Positions 56,970 to 64,000 of a stretch of DNA of 64,000 nt are shown here, in pieces (the first letter of the stretch is position 1; the number at the start of each line of letters is the position of its first letter). The notes under the pieces were generated by a model. It made no database searches and was not told the origin of the DNA. It saw nothing but the letters and a program-made list of their open reading frames with translations. A program made the translations under genes and the position numbers. The stretch comes from a virus (taxonomy: Duplodnaviria > Caudoviricetes). The stretch lies in IMG/VR virus record IMGVR_UViG_2061766007_000705; one strand, written 5' to 3'.

Positions 56970-58223
56970 TTACACCGTTAAAGCGGTATATTTTCTCAAT
57001 TCAATTAAATAACTACTGTTTGGCTGAATAAGTCGTAATTTCTTGCAACTTACAGAGCCTTTATTTACTTTTGTGCCATCAAGAGTGCGAATATCAAAGA
57101 AACCACTATTTCTTCTAGCAAATATAGTATAGATGTTACCTTTATATGTTACGGTATCGAATAATCTAAACCCTCTAACTTCATATTCTGCTTGATTGCG
57201 CTTTCTGATGCCACCTTTTAAAATAGTTTGTTTATGTATCTGACGATTATGACATCTTATTTTCTTTTGGTAATATACTGTACCATCTGATAATGCCAAT
57301 GGATTTCCGCTAATACAACGAGCGTCTATATGATGTTCTTTTGGCAAACCGTTTTCAATACGAATATTTTTAGTAATATATCCGTATGTCAGTCTTACAT
57401 TTGGATATATTTCTTTTAATTTGTTGTATAAATTCCACCTTAAAATTCCCATAAAGGTTGCATCTTTAAAGGACATCCCTCTTTTTATAGTTTTTGGTAG
57501 TTTTACAGTTCCTTTATGATATTCTGTGTGACAAGTCTCACATAAAGTAATTAGATTATTTGGAGCATTACCACCTGTTTTTCTACTTTCTATGTGATGT
57601 ACATTAAGCCTCTTGTCTTTTGATTTACCTTTACAACATTGGCACTGATGTCCATCACGAAAGAGAACATATTCTCTAACATTCCAAAAACCTAATTGTT
57701 CTCCTTGTTGATATTCTGTACCACTTATTTCAGGATTTTTAATCTTTTGCATATCAAAACTTGCTACTTCTACAATAATTTTGTTAATAGGTAAAATTTC
57801 GTGTACCTTACGTACAACTGTTAAGTGACTATCTACTTTATTTTGAACTGAAGGTGCTAACCATCCGTCTTTACGTTTACGATTATTGAAACGAGGTTTA
57901 CGGTATCTGGTTTTATGATTTCTTCTAATTTTGCGATTTTCCCTTCTGTTCGATAGTAGTTTAACAATATCATTTCTTAGTTCTACATCAGACTCAAATA
58001 ATACCTTGTCTTTTGTAGTTGCTGAAAGTCCGATATGTTTACTTCCACTATCTACTCCTAAAGCAATCTCTTGTGTATAGTTCGTGCTACTATACAACAG
58101 TTGTATTGTAAACGGACACCTATTTATCACCTTTGCTTTGCCTTGTTTTAGAAGAACACGCACTTTAGCATAGTTTTCTGTAGGCATTAAAGGTTGTCCG
58201 TCTTTACTTATGACATAAACCAT
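56970..58223 (-). CDS. iscB: IscB RNA-guided endonuclease
   Basis: PLMP; RuvC-I LGVDSGSKHIG; Arg-rich bridge helix; RuvC-II VEVASFD; HNH CQCC...HHI...N...NL..LC..CH; RuvC-III HHIDA; ATG at 58223 follows GAAAGGAG. Confidence 0.96.
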   Translation of the reverse strand: MVYVISKDGQPLMPTENYAKVRVLLKQGKAKVINRCPFTIQLLYSSTNYTQEIALGVDSGSKHIGLSATTKDKVLFESDVELRNDIVKLLSNRRENRKIRRNHKTRYRKPRFNNRKRKDGWLAPSVQNKVDSHLTVVRKVHEILPINKIIVEVASFDMQKIKNPEISGTEYQQGEQLGFWNVREYVLFRDGHQCQCCKGKSKDKRLNVHHIESRKTGGNAPNNLITLCETCHTEYHKGTVKLPKTIKRGMSFKDATFMGILRWNLYNKLKEIYPNVRLTYGYITKNIRIENGLPKEHHIDARCISGNPLALSDGTVYYQKKIRCHNRQIHKQTILKGGIRKRNQAEYEVRGFRLFDTVTYKGNIYTIFARRNSGFFDIRTLDGTKVNKGSVSCKKLRLIQPNSSYLIELRKYTALTV

Positions 58224-58239
58224 AAGTCTGTCTCCTTTC

Positions 58240-58513
58240 CAACTCAATTAAGAGTTAATTACTCACTCCGAAGAGTGGTTAAGCGTACCATCGCCAATGT
58301 TAATGAAAGGTTTTATATGTCTGCAACACTATCCCTACCCAACAAGATTGTTTAATCACAGACCGTAGTGTTTGGAACTTGGTACTACATTCCAAAGTAC
58401 CTATATATTCTCTCTTAACGTAGTTCTCGAAGAACTTAGGCTATTAAACTTGGGATACTAACAACCAAAGGCTGTCAAAATCCCCAATGTTTTAGCATCG
58501 TGGGCAATTTAAC
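58240..58513 (-). ncRNA. omegaRNA (HEARO-type) scaffold
   Basis: Conserved blocks CCTAAGT..ACTACGTT, ATATAGGTAC, GGAATGT..CCAAGTTCC, GATTAAACA, AACATTGGCGATGG directly upstream of iscB. Confidence 0.88.
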
Positions 58514-58618
58514 TAAATTTGGGACGGAATTTGGGATGGATGTATCCCTATCCCATAAAAATACTATGATTTCGATTAAAAATGCCTTTAATTGTTAAGA
58601 TTTCAACGATTATAAGGG

Positions 58619-59281
58619 TTAATTGTTTAACACTTTTTTAGGAAACCTTACAAAATCAACATTTATAACTATCTCATCATTAATAATCTCACAACATTTT
58701 AATTGTTTAATTTGTTTAATAAATTTATCTTTATTCTTTTTATCTTTATTCAAGACTTCCATAGCATAGTCTACAGAAATCTTTCCATCGTTTACATATG
58801 GAAATAAAGAAATAAATAAGCCAAGCAAATGATAAGATACATTTAAATCATTTATCAATTGAGGATAGACAATGATTTGCGTATCATTACCGTAGGATTG
58901 TATAATTTTGTAATTTAGTCTTAAAACATTCCAGTTGTAGTTTGAACGTATAATTTTGCTCACAGATGCACCTTTACGTACGTGAAAACCCTTATTAATT
59001 TTAGTCTTATAACTCCTACCCTTTACTGCGAATAAAATCTGAGTTTTAATACATTTGTTAAAAAACTGATTACAATTAGTTGGAGATACTTTTAAGATGT
59101 TGTTTAAATATGGTTTTGAAACTCCCCAAAGATTATTTAATCTTAAATTATTTCTTTTATCAATATATAAACACAACTTAAATATTTTACCTTTATCGGA
59201 GAATGATAAGTCACCATATTCCCACCAAAGTGGCTTATCACTCTCACAATTAATATAAATTGTCTTTAGCATTCTTCCCAT
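58619..59281 (-). CDS. Basic hypothetical protein, possibly DNA-binding
   Basis: Lys-rich; overlaps the end of the RNAP gene. Confidence 0.6.
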   Translation of the reverse strand: MGRMLKTIYINCESDKPLWWEYGDLSFSDKGKIFKLCLYIDKRNNLRLNNLWGVSKPYLNNILKVSPTNCNQFFNKCIKTQILFAVKGRSYKTKINKGFHVRKGASVSKIIRSNYNWNVLRLNYKIIQSYGNDTQIIVYPQLINDLNVSYHLLGLFISLFPYVNDGKISVDYAMEVLNKDKKNKDKFIKQIKQLKCCEIINDEIVINVDFVRFPKKVLNN

Positions 59282-61941
59282 TCCTCAAAACATTGAATAA
59301 TTTTTTCTGCTTCATCAACATAATTTGTTGGGACTTCAGGATATTTAACTGTAAATCTTTTACCTAAATATTCATATTCACCTTTGTCATCAAGAGCAGG
59401 AAGTGGAATAGGAATATATGAACTTTTCAAATTGCTTAAGATTCCTTCTGAAGCAACCTTCCAAATAAACTTTTTGGATTTTTTAGGATATTTACAATAA
59501 CAAATATCAACTACTATGTTTGCCAATTCTTTTGGATTAGAACAAATTTTTTTACACTCATTACGATATTCTTCGTAATACTTATTCCAATCAAACTCAA
59601 AATCTGGTATTAGTGATTCATCAAGAAGCGGATAGTTTTCTCTAATCCAATCCATATTTTCACCAACTCTATAATTTGAAAATTTATGTTGCTCTTTTGT
59701 CAACTCTGACATTTCCTTATAGAATCTTAAAAATACTTCTTCAATCTGTTTGTACTTATCACTATTTCTATCAACTATTATTGTCCTATCAGTCATAATA
59801 CTATAATCAAAATCCTTATCAATTTTATGACTGTTTCTACCGTGCAACACTTTCTTTTCCCAATGTTCAATTTGGTAGCACATATAGTTCATATTTGTTT
59901 CTGCATAATTCCACTTCTTCATAGTCTTATAATAATCACCAGCATATTTCATAAAATATGGTAATGGTTTTGAATATTTTGCTATGTGTCGTGGAATATT
60001 CATCATCACACCAGTTTTACTAAAGTCAATATTTTTACCATTTACAATTGACAATAAATCAATATAGTGTAAATACTTACTTCGTCTTTTCGTATCTATA
60101 ACTGGTGTATCTGTTAAATTTCCATTTTCATCAACGTATTCACCATCTTCGTTCTTGTAAAATACGTTTTTATTATAATAACAAGTAGCACAATTACTTG
60201 TTTCACCTATCAGCGAATGAAGTGTTCTCATTACAAGTTTAACTTGATTATCAAGAGTAACATCTTCTTCAAGAGAAGTAATTTTATCTTCAATATCAAT
60301 TACTATTGGTAAATCTCTATTGATGCCTTTTAAGAATATCTTATTATTCACAACATTAACAAGGTCTCCGTCAAAATCAGCACCAGATAACCTTGCAGTA
60401 AGAATACTGTTACAATTAACCATAGCAACATTTGTTAAATGACTACACCATCTATTAATATCGTCATTCTGTACTGCTTTAAGTATTGCGTGTTCAGATT
60501 GTGCTAAATGTGGATTTCTTTCTAATGCATATTCACCATTATATACACCATTCTTTCCCTTTGACCAAAATTCATCTGATTGCAGTGAACCTTCAATTGG
60601 GACTATACCATCCGTAAGATATTGTAAAAACATAATTAAATCTGGACAAAGAAATTTGAATGTTGACTTCAAATATATCTTTCCACATTTCATATCATCT
60701 ACATATTTTCTGAATAGTGAAATAAGATAATTACGAACACTTTCCTCTTTAATCATATCTGAATTATAAAGAATAGATTGAACATAATCATTCAATGCGT
60801 GTTGTTTATCATATCTCAATCCCAAGAAACAATATGTATAAAATGGATTATCATATACAACTTTATTTATCCAATCAATACTATCTTGATAAAGTTTTGC
60901 AAAATCAGATTGAGATAATTCCAAATCTTGCAATATTTGATAATTTGCTCTTGTATAAATTGGTTCTTCTTCTATAGTGAAATTCCATTTTGCCACTCCA
61001 AAGCAATACTGATACTTCTTAAAATTTACCCAATAATCTTCCCAATCTTTATGAGTATTGGTTAAATTAAAATACTTATAACCTTTGTACATAGATTCGG
61101 TCATAATAATCATAATGTCATCTACATTATGTTTCCAACCCCAAATATCAGTTATATACTTTACATTGTGTTCTTTAAGATATACACTATAGTCAAGTTG
61201 ATGAACAAGTCCTTTAATAAAAGGCAATCTAACTTGAATTGTTGTTGGAACTTCATCAAGTCCAAGAAGTACTCTCAACTGTTCTGCTATTGCTGGATGC
61301 ATAATTCCCATTCCATCAAAAGCGTTTATTTCTAAATCAACAACATCATTCTCGATATTTTTCTGCTTCCAAATTCGTGTTTCACCATCTTCGGTTGTGT
61401 ATTCTGTTTCTTCATCAACAACATATTTTATGTTTTGATTCTTAATTGTTCTCTTGTAATCTGGAATTACAATTATTTTTGGTAGCCAATTCTCAATACA
61501 ATGACAAGATGATAATGATAATCCTCTGTATGCCATATACTTTGACAATACAGTTTTCTTGACTTCAACACCCAAACCTATTCTTTCACTGAGTTCTTCA
61601 GAAAGTGTTTCGTCAACATAACTCAAAATACCATTTCTTGTCATACTTGCTGACCTTTCAGATAAAACATAATGCTTATCATTAATATTAAATCCTTCTC
61701 TTATTAACTTTTCAAGGTTCTCTTTATCTGATTTACTACCACGAATATCAACAAATACTATGTATGGATTGTACTTACTAATGTTTTTAGTAATCAATCT
61801 TATCTGCCGTAGCATCTGCGAATCATTTTGTTTAATTAAATACTTTTTCTCTTGTTTTTTGTCAAAATGCAAGTCAAACTGACTCACTACAATTTCTCTA
61901 AACTTGAATTTCCTTACCACATATAAAGGTGGAGCATACAT
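59266..61941 (-). CDS. yonO: YonO-like single-subunit DNA-dependent RNA polymerase
   Basis: Catalytic GADFDGD; RSASM.R, DG.G, Q.R.P..KG, RNPH, IDF.KTG motifs; upstream of late genes as in SPbeta. Confidence 0.9.
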   Translation of the reverse strand: MYAPPLYVVRKFKFREIVVSQFDLHFDKKQEKKYLIKQNDSQMLRQIRLITKNISKYNPYIVFVDIRGSKSDKENLEKLIREGFNINDKHYVLSERSASMTRNGILSYVDETLSEELSERIGLGVEVKKTVLSKYMAYRGLSLSSCHCIENWLPKIIVIPDYKRTIKNQNIKYVVDEETEYTTEDGETRIWKQKNIENDVVDLEINAFDGMGIMHPAIAEQLRVLLGLDEVPTTIQVRLPFIKGLVHQLDYSVYLKEHNVKYITDIWGWKHNVDDIMIIMTESMYKGYKYFNLTNTHKDWEDYWVNFKKYQYCFGVAKWNFTIEEEPIYTRANYQILQDLELSQSDFAKLYQDSIDWINKVVYDNPFYTYCFLGLRYDKQHALNDYVQSILYNSDMIKEESVRNYLISLFRKYVDDMKCGKIYLKSTFKFLCPDLIMFLQYLTDGIVPIEGSLQSDEFWSKGKNGVYNGEYALERNPHLAQSEHAILKAVQNDDINRWCSHLTNVAMVNCNSILTARLSGADFDGDLVNVVNNKIFLKGINRDLPIVIDIEDKITSLEEDVTLDNQVKLVMRTLHSLIGETSNCATCYYNKNVFYKNEDGEYVDENGNLTDTPVIDTKRRSKYLHYIDLLSIVNGKNIDFSKTGVMMNIPRHIAKYSKPLPYFMKYAGDYYKTMKKWNYAETNMNYMCYQIEHWEKKVLHGRNSHKIDKDFDYSIMTDRTIIVDRNSDKYKQIEEVFLRFYKEMSELTKEQHKFSNYRVGENMDWIRENYPLLDESLIPDFEFDWNKYYEEYRNECKKICSNPKELANIVVDICYCKYPKKSKKFIWKVASEGILSNLKSSYIPIPLPALDDKGEYEYLGKRFTVKYPEVPTNYVDEAEKIIQCFEEWEEC

Positions 61942-61997
61942 ACGATATTTTCCTCCAGTCTATTTTCTTATTTCTTTTAATCGGAAATTTGTTTATT

Positions 61998-62552
61998 TTA
62001 TATAATTGTTTTGTCTAATAGAATATTACATAACGTATCACAAACTTCTTTCAGTCCTTTAATATCACTTGCGATAAACTGATAATCCCATTCATCATAA
62101 TCGTCTAACTGTGTTTCACTCTTATGTGACTGTTGTTCCTTTGTCAATCCGTTATCAAAATCAGTTCTAATTACTCTTACTGTTATTACCTTATCTCCAA
62201 AGTATTCTTTTGGAATACTAATCTCATTTGGAAATCTCAAATCATCTACAAACACAAAATCAAAATCATCTTCAATAATCTTAATATCTTCACAAGTTCT
62301 AATTGCGTGAAAATTTGGCATATTCATTCCTTCACGAATCTTTTCTGTGCCTAACTTCTGCATTTGTGTTCTGCTTTCTTCTGTCTTTACACCATCCCAA
62401 CCATAAAAGTCTTTCATAATACTTTTAAGGTGACGAGCAAAGGCAGTTGTCGCACATTTATAACCCTTACTTTCCAAATATTCTGACATTAGTTTTGCAC
62501 TTGATGTCTTACCGTTCTGAGCCTTACCAGCTAACAAAATTACGTTTTTCAA
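61998..62552 (-). CDS. Deoxynucleoside monophosphate kinase
   Basis: GKAQNGKT, FA..LK, R..MQ.LGTE, DDLRFPNE, H.SE. Confidence 0.88.
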   Translation of the reverse strand: MKNVILLAGKAQNGKTSSAKLMSEYLESKGYKCATTAFARHLKSIMKDFYGWDGVKTEESRTQMQKLGTEKIREGMNMPNFHAIRTCEDIKIIEDDFDFVFVDDLRFPNEISIPKEYFGDKVITVRVIRTDFDNGLTKEQQSHKSETQLDDYDEWDYQFIASDIKGLKEVCDTLCNILLDKTII

Positions 62553-63136
62553 CCTTTATTACGCTCCATTCTTATAATTTTTAATACCTTAAACAAAATA
62601 CCAAACCAATTATTAACAACAATAATGTCTGAACTATCTTCAACTTGATTCCATTCAACATCACGATGTCCTCTAATTAAAATTTTATATTTTGCATTAG
62701 TCCCCATTAAAACATCAGTTTTGTCATCAATCATAATTCCGTGTAACATATCAACTTCTGTTTTAGCAACTACGAAATCACTCTTACCAACAAAAGTAAA
62801 CTTAAAACCAAGTGCTCTATTACACCAAGCAAACTTATGTTTTAAATTGTTAGTAGTACCAAGAGTAACAATGTTAATATCGCAAAACTTTGATAATATC
62901 TTCATTACAAAATTAAATCCTCTTTTGATTACAAGACCTTCAAAAAAATCTGTACTTGCAAACATTTCTTCAACTACACTATCAGTACACTCAGGATATA
63001 AATCTGTAGCATCATATCTTTTAAGTTTTCGCCAATTCTCCTTGTGATAATAATAATCACCCAACATTTCGACAAGACGTTTTGTAGAATTAACAATAGT
63101 GTCATCGAAATCAATATAAAGTTTCATCTTATTCAT
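62549..63136 (-). CDS. HAD-family 5'(3')-deoxyribonucleotidase-like protein
   Basis: IDFDDTIV, K..W, MIDD, WN motifs. Confidence 0.82.
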   Translation of the reverse strand: MNKMKLYIDFDDTIVNSTKRLVEMLGDYYYHKENWRKLKRYDATDLYPECTDSVVEEMFASTDFFEGLVIKRGFNFVMKILSKFCDINIVTLGTTNNLKHKFAWCNRALGFKFTFVGKSDFVVAKTEVDMLHGIMIDDKTDVLMGTNAKYKILIRGHRDVEWNQVEDSSDIIVVNNWFGILFKVLKIIRMERNKG

Positions 63137-63699
63137 AGTTTCTGTTTTCCTTTTCTCAACTCATCATATGTCTCATAATTATCCTTTACCCAATCAAATA
63201 CCACTTGCATATCATAAGTATATTTGGTTCTTAACAATGTTTGTGGTATCAATAATCCATTATACTTAATCACATCACTTTCATTGATGCTCTTTTTGGT
63301 AGTGTCTGCTACAAACTTAACAAAATCATATATGTGTATGAAGTATGTTCTGTTTTTATCTCTAAAATTAAGTAACAGACCTGCACATACACCATCTGTA
63401 TAAGCATTCCATAATCCTTTGATTTGATGTGCGTGTATTAATGTGTCTTTCTTTTTATCATCCATAGTGAATGAAAAACTTGTTCCAATTGTTGACTTAT
63501 TTTCTAAAGCCAACAGATAAGGAAACTTGTACGCAAGAAAATCAAATGGATTCTTGTTACTGAATTTTGTTGTTTCTGCTTGTACAAATGATTGTGGCGG
63601 GTCTGGTATCCTACAGTAATAAACATCGTCTATTTTTAATATACTTAATCTTATTTGGTTTTCAAACACCTTACCTTCGTTAACTTTTTTTGTTGCCAT
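63133..63699 (-). CDS. recU: RecU-like Holliday junction resolvase
   Basis: GKVFE, PFDF, ENKST, HQIKGL PD-(D/E)xK motifs. Confidence 0.85.
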   Translation of the reverse strand: MATKKVNEGKVFENQIRLSILKIDDVYYCRIPDPPQSFVQAETTKFSNKNPFDFLAYKFPYLLALENKSTIGTSFSFTMDDKKKDTLIHAHQIKGLWNAYTDGVCAGLLLNFRDKNRTYFIHIYDFVKFVADTTKKSINESDVIKYNGLLIPQTLLRTKYTYDMQVVFDWVKDNYETYDELRKGKQKL

Positions 63700-63727
63700 A
63701 AAATCTTGCCTTTCTGAATTTAATCCT

Positions 63728-63756
63728 ATTTTACCACAATTTTACAAAAATTTCAA
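63728..63756 (-). promoter_or_regulatory. SigA promoter for the recU-nucleotidase-kinase-yonO operon
   Basis: TTGAAA-N17-TAAAAT with extended -10 TG. Confidence 0.7.
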
Positions 63757-63900
63757 GTAACTTTATACAATTTTTTGCAAAAATTTTCTAAAAAATTTTT
63801 TTAAATTTTTTTATCGTCTGCAATCATTAAAATTTCAATGTTTATAGGCTCTCTTTTAAAATAAATACTATATTTTTTATAAAAAAACATTAAAAGCTAC

Positions 63901-63929
63901 TTGACATATAGCTAGCTATATGTTATAAT
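63901..63929 (+). promoter_or_regulatory. SigA promoter reading out of the window, with a palindromic spacer
   Basis: TTGACA-N17-TATAAT; perfect palindrome at 63904-63923; AAGGAAGG RBS downstream. Confidence 0.88.
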
Positions 63930-64000
63930 GTATGGGTGGAGGGGCGGGAATAGATAAACAATAAAAGGAAGGAAAATTTAAATTATAGTAATAATCTAAA

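Larger units (their letters stand above)
56913..58513 (-). mobile_element. Non-autonomous IS200/IS605-family IscB (OMEGA) element
   Basis: Left-end hairpin CCCACGATGCTAAAACATTGGGG; omegaRNA; iscB; right-end hairpin at 56917-56954 (CCTCTCTGCTAAAGCAAAGGGG); no tnpA. Ends are approximate. Confidence 0.85.

Noticed and set aside
59266-61941. RNA-dependent RNA polymerase call
   Set aside because: DFDGD double-psi-barrel proteins in this context are YonO-type DNA-dependent polymerases.
1-64000. tRNA/rRNA genes, self-splicing introns, inteins, stop-codon reassignment
   Set aside because: None were seen by eye. Core genes are uninterrupted, and all three stop codons end genes under the standard code.

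Overview
This window is a 64-kb, AT-rich stretch of a large SPbeta-like tailed phage or prophage of a Firmicute (probably Clostridia; the host is an inference). Almost all genes lie on the minus strand. Read right to left: RecU-like resolvase, HAD nucleotidase, dNMP kinase, YonO-like single-subunit RNA polymerase, an inserted IscB/omegaRNA element, PIN-PhoH, ClpP-like protease, metallophosphoesterase, terminase, portal, protease/scaffold, capsid, head-tail proteins, tail tube, a YomM-like tyrosine recombinase, tape measure, baseplate and fibre genes, two giant repeat proteins, the lysis cassette, a lone plus-strand dUTPase, an array of about 18 small genes, an SSB/Sak4-like pair and a truncated TnpB. 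Two observations are not explained by standard annotation. (1) A composite intergenic element occurs three times in the same orientation: tandem NrdR-box-like palindromes about 31 bp apart, then 21-22 bp, then a TAAAA(T/A)-N4-ATTTTA inverted repeat. Two copies bracket the tail-fibre/chaperone pair, which suggests a recombinase cassette system with a host accessory factor. (2) The two giant proteins between the tail and lysis genes carry three degenerate copies of a domain resembling the cobalamin-binding domain of lysine 5,6-aminomutase beta subunit (KamE), interleaved with Ig-like and repeated beta domains. All homology calls were made by eye from motifs and synteny; no searches were run.
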